From: Scyliorhinus canicula
Taxonomy: Eukaryota
NCBI RefSeq assembly: GCF_902713615.1
Contig: NW_024055458.1
Span: 124,001-188,000, forward strand
Direction: 5' to 3'
Length of the DNA: 64,000 nt
The notes beneath the pieces are model-generated. The model ran no database searches. It was not told the origin of the DNA and worked only from the letters and a program-made list of their open reading frames with translations. Of the stretch, positions 31,580-43,829 are shown in pieces. A program made the position numbers and the translations under genes. Positions within the stretch are counted from its first letter, which is position 1. Every line of letters starts with the position of its first letter.

Positions 31580-32774
31580 GTCTGACTGAACCTGTCTGAG
31601 TGAATGGGAATGGAATGAGGCAGAGATTGAGAGGAGAGAGGGAACCCGGGCTCTGTTCAGCTCATTGTTCCACCCACACAAGCCCATTGTGACATCACTC
31701 TGGCCGCAACACCAATTGGTTTTGACAATGCCGTCACGGACCTTCATCATCCCCATGTTTGAAGGTGGCGCCCTCTGGTGCCGGATTAGTTTCATTTCTG
31801 TTGGAATGCAGCCATTGAATGGATTGAGGGTGTATTGAAATACACAAGAAAACACGAAAATTTCCCAGAAATCTAAACTGGATCTGTTAGGAAGCAGTTT
31901 TTACGAATGTTGATGTTTATGTCAGAAATGGATACTAAATGGAAGAAATCTTTGCTGGCCGTTTCTTTCCAAATCCTGTGCACGCCAAATGAGAAGTAGT
32001 GTTAGACTTTGGATAAAGTGCGGATGTCAACTATTTAAATATTACCAGGGACGAGAGCCGTTTATGCAAAAGAACGTTGGCTTAATTTACTTGTAACAAA
32101 GGAGGTGGAAGGAAGTCGCAAACGTTTTACTGAAAAATATGCATTTTCGATAGCTTGATCGTCTGTAATTGTTCCCATTGGCAGCAGATCCAATGACAAA
32201 CGATCCCGTTTTGTGGGCAAAATATGACAGAGAATCATGTATTTATTAATAATATTCCGACTTGTTAACATCTGGAACACGACACGTAAAATTTTGAAAG
32301 AAGATTGAATGGCAAATTTCAAAAGGGGATTGTCATAATCTGAAAAGAGAAAACAATGTGGAAAATGTGGGATGTGAAAAACGATTGGGACAGCATTTGC
32401 AAGTAGGCACGTGTACGGTAAACCGAATGCTCGTTCCGTTCCCTAATTTTCTATATTTCTGGGCGATTCATGTCAGTCCCCCGCTAATTGTTCTCACTCA
32501 GTTGAGCAGTGAGCAGGTGCAGAATGGTCACATGCCTCTAGAGATTCAACAGTCGCTATTTCCGCTCCACTAGTCTCGCCTGCAGCTGATACCAGCCGCA
32601 TAGTGTGACTAGTTTAGAGTCTGCGGTGTCCCAGGGAGCATTTCCGTTTGCTGCACTCATTCTGAAACGATTGTTCTGTTGGACACATTGCTGCACATGG
32701 TCCATTCGTGACATGGAGTAGGTCAGCAATTCAGTGGTCTGGAATCTTGTATTTCTGCTCCACCTGATCACTTC

Positions 32775-33056
32775 TAATAATAATAATCTTTATTGTCACA
32801 AGCCAAGCTGACATGAACACGGCAATGAAGTTACTGTGAAAAGCCCCTAGTCGCCACATTCCGGCGCCTGTTCGGGTACACAGAATTCAGAATGTCCAAT
32901 TCACTGAACAGTACGTCTTTCGGGACTTGTGGGAGGAAACTGGAGCACCCGGAGGAAACTCACACAGACACGGGAGAATGTGCAGACTCCGCACAGACAA
33001 TGACCCAAGCCGGGAATCGAACCCGGGCATCTGGGGCTGTGAAGCAACAGTGCTCA
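32775..33056 (-). mobile_element. V-SINE with alternative tail
   Basis: HE1-type head and V-domain joined to a GAATGTGGCGACTAGGGGCTTTTCACAG tail. Confidence 0.82.
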
Positions 33057-34112
33057 CAATGTACTGAAGAGGGACTAATTCAGGATCCGTCTGGTTCCAC
33101 TCCTCAACATGATCTTACTTCTCAGAAAACATTTCCCTCACTTTAAAACTCAATTTTTCCCTGACTGATTTTTTTCTCTCAAATATCACTGATTCTACTT
33201 GTTTGTCTAATAGTCCTATTTTTCTCAAATCCGTGGAGCACTTCATATTTCATTTCAACTTTTGTAATTTACCACAATTTCCTCTTCAGTTACCTCATGG
33301 GACACTACGTGCCTCTTACCCCTCCTATTTGGGCTGTGTGCAGTTAAAATGGCAGCCAGAAGCTGGTCTCCTCAGAAACCCCGGAATTAACACACAGTAA
33401 CATTGGCTTTTTCTCATCACTACTTCCATGTGATAGACTGACCCCTAAAAGACAATGTACATGCCCTTGTCTTTAAAAAACAATGAAGTCCTGATTCCAC
33501 ACAAGTAACCTGAGATCTTTGTTTTTTTCGAAGCATCTCTTGGTCCTCTATACGTGATATGAAACTAAGCATTGAACAAATAGCATCGAGCGTAGTTCAG
33601 TTGACCATTCGAACCTTCAGTAAGGTGACCAATGATCAGATTGGGGCTTGAGGTCCAATTTCCTTCCTGACCTTCAAAAACGGGAACTCGTTTGAAAATC
33701 AGATGCTTTCTTAGAGATCAAAAGCGACATCGGTTTTTTTCCAATCAGGCACAGTTGAAAATGTTTACCTTGAAAAAGCAGCAATGGCGGGAAGAGAGAA
33801 AGTCCCTGAATTCAGTTTCTCGCATAAACCTCAGGAATTGTCGTACTGGTTTGGAACCATTTGCCAATCTTTTTGACAAATTGCTGGATCCAATTAAAGA
33901 ATTATCTGCATAGAGTCATCCCTTATTAATATCTGTGTAATTTGCAATATATGGAAAGCTATCACTTGATTACAATAATGGTCTGTCTACCAATGTTTGT
34001 TTTGTGTTTGCATGTCTATGTGTGTGTGTGTTTGTGTGACAGAGTGTATGTTATGTGTGTATGTGTGTGTGTTGGAACTGCATGCGTGTATGTGTGCATC
34101 ATTGCCTTCCGT

Positions 34113-34394
34113 TTAGGCACACTGTTGCTTCACACTGCTAGGGACTCGTGTTTGATTCCCGGCTTGTGTCACTGTCTTTGCGGAGTCTGTGCATTCTCCT
34201 CGTGTCTGTCTGGGTTTCCTCTGGTTTCCTCCCACAAGTCCCCAAAGACATGCTGTTAGCTGAATTGGGCATTCTGAATTCTCCCTCAATGCACGTGAAA
34301 AGGCGCCGGAGTGTGGCGACTAGGGGATTTTCACAGTAACTTCATTGCAGTGTTAATGTAAGCCTACTTGTGACACAAATAAAGATTATCATTA
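34113..34394 (+). mobile_element. V-SINE with alternative tail
   Basis: Same structure as 32775-33056. Confidence 0.82.
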
Positions 34395-34668
34395 TGTAGA
34401 GATATCTTTAATTTACGAACAGGTTATAAATTCTCTAAACACATATTTACAGTTTTTCATGTAAAATGAACAGAAAACACTTTCCAATACCTGCACCTGT
34501 TTCTCTCGACTTTTTAATGATTTAGATATATTTGAAGTCAGACAATTTCTCTCGGCTTTTTAATGGTTTAGATTTATTTGAAGTCAGACGATCTCTGGGG
34601 TTTAAAAAGATCAGACCCCCCCCCCCCTCCCCCTTCCAACGCCATCTCTCACTTTTATCACTGCGGCA

Positions 34669-35230
34669 ATATTTTGTACGAGGTTCCCCCTGGTTCTGTC
34701 ACTGTGTCTCTCAGTCCGCAGTAATACACCGCGCTGTCAGACAGCCGCAGCTCCCGCATGGTGAAATTCCCCTCACTCCTCGAAGTGTCCAAAGATGCTG
34801 AAAATCGAGTCCCCACACCCACTGCTCTGGAAACATGTCCATAATTAGGAATATAGATCCGGAATGAGGGGGCTTCGTCCCGGTCCCGAGTTACAGCTGT
34901 GAATAATATGAAGCAGCAATGGTCGAATAGATGTAGATAGTAGTCACCGACTCTCCTTCAAACTGTATCACTGTAACCGACTCCTGTGAGACTGAATCTG
35001 CGCCACTATCACCTGCAGAAATTTAGAAACAAAGGGTCTTTAAACAAAATATCATTCTGTTATATCAATGTTATTAAGGTGCCGGCATATATTGCAAATA
35101 TGGAGAAATAACAGTTAAATGGAAGATTGCCATGCCAGTACAACATGAAAGGGCAGGTTTTGTAACTTGGGCTCTAACCTGTTAAGAGAGCCGCAGCTGT
35201 GAGTAATGAGTAAAAAGTAACTCACAATAT
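34669..35230 (-). pseudogene. TCR V pseudogene with RSS (CACAGTG-22-ACAAAATAT, 34706-34669)
   Basis: Exon 35012-34707: DSVSQESVTV.., FR1 Cys lost, stop and frameshift, then RFSASLDTSRSEGNFTMRELRLSDSAVYYCGLR. Confidence 0.82.
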
Positions 35231-35878
35231 GTTCACCTTCCGGTGGATTTGAATTTAATGAATTTCCCTGAATTATTTTAAATCAGAATTCAGAAGCTTC
35301 GATCTTTCTGTCGATTGGCTCATTCCTGACACTCAACGGGTGACACCCAATCAGATCACTCTTCTTTTATCCTGCAATTCATCCAATCAGCGTAAAGTTC
35401 CTTTGTTCGCCAACACATGACGTCAGAGGAATGCACATGGAGCCACTTGGAACTGTTCTCACAACAGCGAATTCGACAGAAGAACAAAAGAGAATAAAAT
35501 GTGGATTTCGAGTGGGCCATTCGATTCTTCGAACCTACTCCGCCAATAAGGTCGTCGTTAATCCATCTGATATCCACGTCCCTGCACTGTTCCCAAATTC
35601 CTCACTTATCTTCATGTCTTCAAATGTATCGATATCCGTCTTGAGGCAGCTCAGCGACTGATCAACAACTATTGTCTGATGTATCCAATTCGGAGAGAGG
35701 CTCGGTCACAATTAAACCGACGAAATAATGGCATTTTACATAGACCTACACATATTCAGCAGCATTAAAAGGGATTGTTCGGGAAAGCTGATGTTTCGAA
35801 TGCGCTTTTGGTTATATTAACAGTTCACAATCCAGGTTACAGATCTGATTCAGTGAGAGGAGGTGAGAGTGCCTTGTT

Positions 35879-36932
35879 GGTTTTTGTACAGACTGACTTG
35901 CCTCTGAAGCAGTGTGGGTCTCAGAGCACAGAGATACACGGCAGAGTCAGAGACACGGACCTCGACGATCTTTAACTGAACGGTTATCCTGTGTTTGTCC
36001 AAACCAGCAGAAAACCGGCCTGGGACCTTAGAACAGTACAGGCCCTTCGGCCCCCGATGTTGTGCCGAGCAATGATCACCCTACTCAAACCCACCCTATA
36101 CCCGTAACCCAACAACCAACCCCCCTTATCTTTACCTTTTAGGACACTACGGGCAATTTAGCATGGCCAATCCACCTAGCCCGCACATCTTTGGACTGTG
36201 GGAGGAAACCGGAGCACCCGGAGGAAACCCACGCACACACGGGGAGGACGTGCAGACTCCGCACAGACAGTGACCCAGCCGGGAATCGAACCTGGGACCC
36301 TGGAGCTGTGAAGCATTTATGCTAACCACCAAGCTACCGTGCTGCCCTAAAGACCTCTGAAGACTCATCCCACTGTCCCTTTCCGTAGATACTCAGCAAA
36401 TATCTCGGAGGTTCGTCGGGGTATTGGGCGTACCAGAAGAGAGTTGGTATAACGCTTTTAGTTGTGTAATTACAGTTCAATATTACCGCCTGTCCTTCCA
36501 GAACCATTAATACACGGCAGAGTCAGAGACACGGACCCCGGTGATATTTAAAGGAATCGTTTTCTTATCCTTGTCTAAATCAGCAGAAAACCGGCCAGGG
36601 AAATCTGAAGACCTTTCTCCCTTCCCCGCGCTATATTTCTTCAGTAGATATCTCGGTGCTTCCCCTGGATGCTGGATGTACCAGAGGAGAGTCTCGCCAG
36701 TATATTTTGCTTTGTAACTGCAGTTCAATATTGCTGTCTGTCCTTCCTGAACCGGTAATTCAGGCGGCTCCTGGGAAACCGAATCTTGGCCACTGGTTCC
36801 TGTAACAACATATAGAAGGTGTCAGAAATCTGAGAGTAAATATAACCCATGAAACACAGACTGAGGATTTGAGCTCAGACTCACCGGGCAGCAAGACCTG
36901 CTTATTATCAGTAAAGCACACAGGGAGCACAT
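35879..36932 (-). pseudogene. Fused V-V pseudogene: V-A (leader 36932-36885, exon 36799-36507) joined to V-B (36506-35917, SINE-interrupted) with RSS 35916-35879
   Basis: V-A ends VSDSAVY*; V-B reads VLEGQAVILNC..LFWYAQYP..DSAVYLCALR; RSS CACACTG-22-ACAAAAACC. Confidence 0.85.
36029..36347 (-). mobile_element. HE1-like V-SINE inside V-B; 5-bp TSD GACCT
   Basis: GACCT at 36024-36028 and 36352-36356; removing the SINE restores the V-B frame (SSEVPGRFSA). Confidence 0.9.
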
Positions 36933-37086
36933 GGATCCTGATTGGTCAGTAAACAGCGACACTGTTTCAAATACGTTGTTGTATCGAGCTTTATGTTGAA
37001 GAGTAAACTCAGATCAGAAACAAGTTTCAATTATTGGAACGATAAGGGACGTTTCTCAGTCCCGCGATTGGTTTTTCTCTCATATA

Positions 37087-37094
37087 TGACGTCA
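37087..37094. promoter_or_regulatory. CRE palindrome upstream of V-A leader
   Basis: TGACGTCA ~155 bp upstream of the ATG at 36932. Confidence 0.5.
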
Positions 37095-37393
37095 GCTGTG
37101 GACCAATTGCTGTCCGTTGAGTATTAAATAGTGTTGGCTCCCACCAATCACATTTCACCCCTTGATGTGTTTGTCTGTCTTTCTCATTGCTATGCTCTGT
37201 CTCAAATTATCAATCAGTCTGCCTCTTTCTCGTTTTAACTCACTTTCCTTCGAACTCAATGTCTTTATTTTCCTTATGGTGGATTTTTCACTCGAAGTAA
37301 AGTGAAAGTAATAAAATTCAAATTCAGTTCAGTGAACATAAATTAGTGAATTCCGCCCAACGGATGAACATAATGAATAATTACTGTTGTAAT

Positions 37394-37706
37394 TAATAAT
37401 AACAATCTTTATTACTGTCACGAGTAGGCTTACATTAACACCACAATGAAGTGACTGTGAATATCCGCAAGTCGCCACATTCCGGCGCCTGTTCGGGTAC
37501 ACAGAGGGAGAATTCAAAATGTCCAATTCACTTAACAAGCACGTCTTTCGAGACTTGTGGGAGGAATCCAGAGCACACGGAGGAAACCCACATAGACACG
37601 GGAAGAACGTGCAGACTCCGCACAGACAGTGACCCAAGCGGTAGTCGAACCTGGGGACTTGGCTCTGTGCAGCAACAGTGCTAACCACTGTGCCACCGTG
37701 CCGCCC
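37394..37706 (-). mobile_element. V-SINE with alternative tail
   Basis: Full head GGGCGGCACGGTGGCACAGTGG to an (ATT)n tail. Confidence 0.85.
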
Positions 37707-38079
37707 AGTTGAACCGGGAATTATTATTTACCCAACTCCAAACACCGATGCCGTTCCACTGCAGTCCTGCTGAAAGTGCTTATTTCACTTAGTCACTAAT
37801 TTACGCCGTTAATAATTACGGACAGAGATGAGGAGATTTTTTTCTATCATAGGGTTGTGCGACTTTGGAACTCTATCTTAGAAAGCGGTGGAGGCGCTGG
37901 GGTCATTGAACATTTTCAAGGTGGAGTGAGATGGATTTTTGTGGGGTAAGGGAAGTAAACATTATTGGGAGTAGATGGGAATGTGGAACTCGGTACAAAA
38001 ACAGATCAGGCGTGAATCTATGCATTGGCGGAAAGGGCACGACTGTCAGAATAGCCAACTTCTGCTTCTATTTCGTATG

Positions 38080-38556
38080 TACGTTATTCACCTGGGAGGT
38101 CTGTAGGTGTGTGCGTCAGGGGGGCAGAAAATGATTCAATTTGATCCTGGATGAAAATGATCGCCAGATGTCACATTTCTCAGCGCTGGCAATCATTGAT
38201 CATCAACCCATAACTATCGGCTCTGAGCAGATACTGAGGAGCTCGGTGTGGATACTGGCGACACCAGAACAGATAATATACTGCAGCTGAACTCGATACA
38301 GAGTAATTGCAGGGTATTGCTCAATCGTTCACCCTCTTCTGCTTCAATTCCTTGTTCTGACTGGGACACTGAGTCTTCGTTACTCATTCCTGAAAATAAA
38401 CAGAAATACCGCGGGTTAGAAGGAGTAAAAGGCAGAGGATATGTATCCGGAGATGAAACTGGAAAAATATGGCAATTGGGGAATTTCGATAAAGGTTCAA
38501 TATAACGCATCTGTGGTCAGGATAATAACCAGAGACAGACAGAGTTTCACCCTCAT
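38080..38556 (-). pseudogene. TCR V pseudogene
   Basis: Leader MRVKLCLSLVIILTT with GT>AT donor, acceptor at 38390, EDSVSQSEQ.. then frameshift to CNYS..YLFWCRQYPHRAPQYLL; decayed 3' end. Confidence 0.75.
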
Positions 38557-38879
38557 GGTTCCAGTCTGAATTTCAGAAACAGAGACAGTGATCACTGAGT
38601 GTACTAGAGCTGCAATTGTAAAAGTTTAAACAGTCAGAGGGAGGCTGTGAGGTCGAATGCGATCCCCTCTCCGCCCATGTTCACGCCTTAAAACAGTCGC
38701 TTCCTCTCGAAGGGGATCGTGATCGTTCATAAGTGATCAGAGAGCGCCCTCCCGTGGCCAACCCACCGCATATTGGAAACTGATACACGGGCACAGGGTA
38801 AGACCAACACGGATAGAGATATACAATAGTAAGATATATGCCCAGAAACTAAAATAACTTCCAACGTGAGTCCACATAA

Positions 38880-39105
38880 AGTTAGAAGTGTTCTGGAGAT
38901 TTTTGATACATATTAATCTGAGCAGCTAACGACGAAAACAAGTGACTATGTCCGCCTCTCGTGTTCAGCGGAAGCCTCGTATGCAGCACAGAATCAACAC
39001 AAACATAGACCCAGTGACAAGGAAACACAACGATAGATCCCGAAACATATCTATTCACACAGACAAACACTGAAGACGATAAGCAAGCAGATTATCACAG
39101 CCATA
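38880..39105 (-). pseudogene. Probable V relic with leader
   Basis: MAVIICLLIVFSVCL-T/GTGAAT leader, then DSVLHT.. and decayed FR1/FR2. Confidence 0.4.
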
Positions 39106-39421
39106 GACACAGAAAAGAGCAATGTAGTCAGAGACGCTGCCAAAAACCTTCGACAGAGTAAGCTTTCCGAAATAGAATTCCCTGAGGTTGTGTCGGTGTG
39201 GTAATGTCGTGTTGGATATCCATTGCTATTGAACTGTTCATTTCAGCAGTATTAACACCCGGAATATATTTCCCATTAATCGTAATCATTGTTTTGTAAA
39301 AACGATCCGACAGTAGACCCTTTTAATAAAAGCAAATTATTGCGGATGCTGGAATCTGAAACGAAAGGGAAAATGCTGGAAAATCTCAGCAAGTCTGGCA
39401 GCATCTGTAGGGAGAGAAAAG

Positions 39422-39459
39422 AGCTAACGTTTCGAGTCCGATGACTCTTTGTCAAAGCT
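39422..39459 (-). ncRNA. Minimal hammerhead motif, U3:A8 variant, in a Penelope-like repeat (39340-39460)
   Basis: AGCU-UUGACAA-A-GAGUC(AUCG)GACUC-GAA-ACGU-U-AGCU. Confidence 0.65.
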
Positions 39460-39529
39460 GGGAATATTGAGAAGTGCATGATAAAATAGGACTGAATCAG
39501 CATGGATTCGTCAATGCCTCACAAATCAG

Positions 39530-39790
39530 TTAGAATTCTTTGAGGAGGTAACGAGGAAGTTAGACATAGGAGAAACAGTGGACGTGATCAATTGGGATTT
39601 TCAAAAGTCCTTTGACAATATCATACAAGAGGCTGTTAAATAAGTTAAGAGCCCATGGTGTTTAGGGAAAGATACTGGCATGGAGAGAGGACTGGATGAC
39701 CACAAAAGGTAGAGAGTGTGGACACACGGGTCTTTTTCAAGGAGGGTCTGCGTTAGAACCACAGCTATTCACAGTATGCATTAATGATCT
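39530..39790 (+). mobile_element. CR1 RT fragment
   Basis: DFQKSFD..H.RLL.K-like region. Confidence 0.6.
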
Positions 39791-39803
39791 GGAAAAATGA
39801 ACA

Positions 39804-40073
39804 GGACGACATGGTAGCACAGTGGTTAGCACTGTTGCTTCACAGCGCCAGGGAATCGGGTTCAATTCCGGCCTTGTATGTCTGTGGAGAGTTCCATATT
39901 CTCCCTTTGTCTGCGGGGATTTCTTCTGGATGTCCCCGTTTCCACTCACAGCCCAAAGATCCGCTGGTTGGGTGGGGTTATGGGTAAACCTCGGTAGGGT
40001 GCTCTACAGAGGGTCGGTGCAGACTCGCTGGGTCGAATTTGCTCCTTCTGCGCTGTAGTGATTCTATGGTTCT
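39804..40073 (+). mobile_element. Older HE1-like V-SINE
   Basis: Diverged head, V-domain and tail. Confidence 0.75.
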
Positions 40074-40670
40074 ACTAAGCGTTAATGGATGACTGTATGT
40101 TTTTCAGGAACGTACATTCTGAATGTTTCCGTGACATGAGTGGGGCCGGAGAGGATAAGACAGAATCTGCACCCATTCGAGGGCCTTGGATCGGAAGTCA
40201 GGGCCAAATGCTTCAGTGGGGAGCGGGTGGGGGTGGTTCACCCAGATAACATCACAGACAACTCATTGAAAGCTCGCCGTTGTTTTGATGCTGAACGTTA
40301 CGGAGATTCCTTGCTTCGAAGGAAATCCATCTAACTGTGCTCCCCCCCCCCCCCCCCCATCCGAATGTTTCAACGGAGAGGAGGCACAGTATGAACGGCT
40401 TGTGTCCCATTGTAGAGCAATGCGGCCAAATTGGGTTTTGTTGCATTTGCATTTCGGAATCTTATGACATTGTTATTTGGTTGTTTTATTTATTTCTGTA
40501 CCTTTGTCTGTTTGTCCATTCCACTCTCGATACAAGTCTTATCCATTTACCAATCTACTGTTGTTATCGCTTGATCGATTCTCTTCAAAGATCTCACTAT
40601 ATCTATATCACTATCTATCTCAATGCTCCTGTCGAACGTTCAAAATTAGCTCCTCTCCTGTCTCCTTATG

Positions 40671-40900
40671 TATGTGTGGATATCCTCCGGGTGCTCCGGT
40701 TTCCTCCCACAGTCCAAAGATGTGCAGGTTAGGTGGACAGGTCACGCTACATTGCCGCTTAGAGCCCAGGGAGGTACAATTTAGGTAACTGGATTATGGG
40801 GATAGGCCGTGGGAGTGGACCTACGTAGCGTGTTCTTTCGGAGGGGCAGTGCAGATTCGACGGCCCGAATGGCTTCCTTTCGCAGAGTAAGAATTCCATG
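40671..40900 (+). mobile_element. Partial HE1-like V-SINE
   Basis: CCTCCGGGTGCTCCGGTTTCCTCCCACAGTCCAAAGATGTG core. Confidence 0.75.
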
Positions 40901-41589
40901 AAAAACGAGCATAATATTAGCAGCATTAATGTTCATTCTATCTGTCCATCAATACGTCTGTCCATTGTGTTCTCAAAAAATAGCAAAATGTTATCAGCTT
41001 TAATATCCATTCCCTCTAATCAACCATCCATCTGTCTACACAAACATCAAACAGGTTAGCTGCCTTCATCTTAATTCTTCACTCTGCTCTATGGGATAAT
41101 ATAAACTCCGGGTGTGATTTCTGGAGATCCAGTCGGGCAGTAACTAACAAAAGCTCAATCTCGCTGAGCATAAATTGTATCTATTCAATCTCCAATGTGA
41201 GTTTTTCTGCCCAGCTTTTATCACCAGAAGCAGAAAATGGCTCCAGCTTTGGTATTTCATCCACATTGCGAAACAAATAATGAAATTAACAAAAAGCAAA
41301 TTATTGCGAATGCTGGAACCTGAAACAAAAACAGAAAATGTTGGATATTCTCTTCAGGTCTGACAGCCTCTGTGGAGATAAAACAGAGCTAACGTTTGGA
41401 GTCTGGATGCCTCTTCATCATGAAGTTAACAATTGTTTTCCATTCATTATGGGTACGCCAAATAATGTAAATATTTTCACATTGAACGGCTGCAGCTCAC
41501 TGACAGCGCTGTTTATTGCTGTGTGCTGGGGACAACACACTGAGAAAGTCCCCGGAATAACTCGATCCAGTACCGTTTGCTGTGACCGT

Positions 41590-41772
41590 GATATGGACGG
41601 CGTGGGCCTATGGAGGCACAGTAAGAAGTCTTACAACGCCAGGTTAAAGTCCAACAGGCTTGTGTCCAATCACTCGATTTCGGAGCGCAGGTTCTTCCTC
41701 AAGTCATTCACATGAGGAAGGAGTTGCGCTCCGAAAGCTAGTTCGATGCAAACCTGTCGGAATTTAACCTGG
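41590..41772. mobile_element. Head-to-head Penelope-like terminal repeats forming a palindrome
   Basis: CCAGGTTAAA (41639) ... TTTAACCTGG (41772); two degenerate hammerhead motifs inverted about ~41705. Confidence 0.7.
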
Positions 41773-41959
41773 TTTTCTGTGAGGCCATTCAATGGGAAAT
41801 GCATGAAAGCCGACCACCAGGTGGCGCATCCCACCGCATTTCACTTTGCAGGAACCAGCATTATTTTAACTGCTGCATTGTCTTTTGGTGGTTTTCTGTG
41901 CCCCTTGCCGCTTCTCACACATGGAAATGGATTAAATACTGTCCAGTTGCCTCACTTAG

Positions 41960-42610
41960 TGGCCGGGTGTTACATAAACAGTGATAGATTAGGAAATAGT
42001 GACGTACAAAGGGACCTTGATATCATTGCACTTCAATCATTGAAAACAAGCATGCAGATGCATTGGGCAAGTGGTCTGTTAGCCTTCTTTGCAAGAGGAC
42101 TTGAGAACAACAGTAAGGCTCTTCAAAGCATTGGTATTACCGCAACTGGAGTATTGTGTGAAGTGTTTGTCTCCTTACCTCAGAGTGGAAATATTTGCCA
42201 TCAGGGAGTGCACCGAAGGTTCATGAGATAAATTTCTGGGATGGCAGGGTTATGTGGAAAGATTGACTCGACCAGGCCTGAACTCAATGAAATTTAGAAG
42301 AATGAGGGGGTTCTCTATGAAACAAATCAAACTCTTATAGAGTTGGACAGACTGGATGGAGGGATGATGTTTCCTATGGATAAGGAGTCTAGAACAAGGG
42401 ATCACAGTCTCAGGGTAGAACATTTAGGACTGAGATAAAGAGAAACGTCTTCATGCAGAGGCTGCTGAAATCACTGAATATATTTAACAACAAATCGATT
42501 ATTTTCTCTACTCTAAAGAGGACAAGGGGTGTGGGGAGAGAGTAAAAGCAGGGTGCGGAGATAGAGGATCAGCCAAGATATTACTGAATGGCGGAACATG
42601 CTCGAAGGGC
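41960..42610 (+). mobile_element. Decayed CR1-like 3' region
   Basis: VQRDL.., LAFFARGLE and CR1-type 3' UTR. Confidence 0.7.
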
Positions 42611-43096
42611 CGAATATCCGACACCTGCTCCTATTGTCTATATTTCTACATTTCTGTGTTTCTCATATTCCGATGGAGCACGGCACCTTATATGTCATGT
42701 TAAGCCATTTTTCTATTATTTCTGCACCAGATCTTACCCAAGGACATTGGAAGATGTTGGGGAGTAAACGGTGAAGGTAACACAGTGAGCAGGGGCAATG
42801 TGGAATCAAGATCAGTGTGAAACACGCTGGAGTGGAGCAAGTGTTTAATTTCTTTTCAAGCGAGATAAGCAATCAATCGGGATTTTAAGGCTGATCATCT
42901 TCACATCAGGTTTAGGTTGTTAGGTCCATTCACTTGCACAAATCATCACATTTCAAAGTACATCAGTGGAAATGGCTTCTTAATAAATTAAGCCAGCAAA
43001 GATTTGTTAACGGGAAATCTTGTTTAATTGCGTTATTTGAGCTTTCTGATGAGCAGTACAGTGGTTGACATCGGTATTACAGAATCCCAACTTTCG

Positions 43097-43635
43097 TAGA
43101 AACACTACAGTGCGGGAGGAGGCAGGACGGCCCATCAAGTCTGCACCAACCCTGCGCAGAGCACCGTACCCAGGTCCACTACACCACCCTATGCTCGTAA
43201 CCTGCATAAACCTGGACACTAAGGGAAAATCTAGCACGTCCAATCCACTCTATCTGCACAGCTTTGGATTGTGGGAGGAAAGCGGAAGAAAACGGGGAGA
43301 AAGTACAAACTCCACACAGACAGACGCTCAAGGCCAGAACATAGAACAGTACAGCACTGAACAGGCCCTTCGGCCCTCGATGTTGTGCCGAGCAATGATC
43401 ACCCACAGACCCGTAACCCAACAATCCCCCCATTAACCTTACACTACGGGCAATTTAGCATGGCCAATCCACCTAACCCGCACATCTTTGGACTGTGGGA
43501 GGAAACCGGAGCACCCGGAGGAAACCCACGCACACACGGGGAGGACGTGCAGACTCCACACAGACAGTGACCCAGCCGGGAATCGAACCTGGGACCCTGG
43601 AGCTGTGAAGCATTGATGCTAACCACAATGCTACC
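43097..43635 (-). mobile_element. Two adjacent HE1-like V-SINEs (older 43097-43326, young 43336-43635)
   Basis: Tail and V-domain matches; the young copy is near-identical to 36029-36347. Confidence 0.85.
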
Positions 43636-43829
43636 TTGGTTCTGTAAGGTTGCAGTGCTAAACACTGTTCCACCATGCCGTAATGGTGCGGCTGAACTTC
43701 CAAATTTTGCACCACTGACTTGTGAGCAGCAATGGAGATCCGGGGGTGAAATGCACAGTTGCAATATGGATACAAAATTGCTATGAAACAACTCGCAGCG
43801 TTGAACATTGTTTTTCGGAGTGAAAGGCG

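Noticed and set aside
35879-36932. Functional NAR-TCR-like double-V gene
   Set aside because: Out-of-frame junction with a stop, missing Cys, phase-0 leader and a SINE insertion; reported only as a pseudogene fusion.
21123-39105. Ig heavy-chain-like V segments within the TCR locus, known from sharks
   Set aside because: None of the V exons here shows VH-type framework (e.g. WVRQ..GKGLEW) or an upstream octamer; all look TCR alpha/delta-type.
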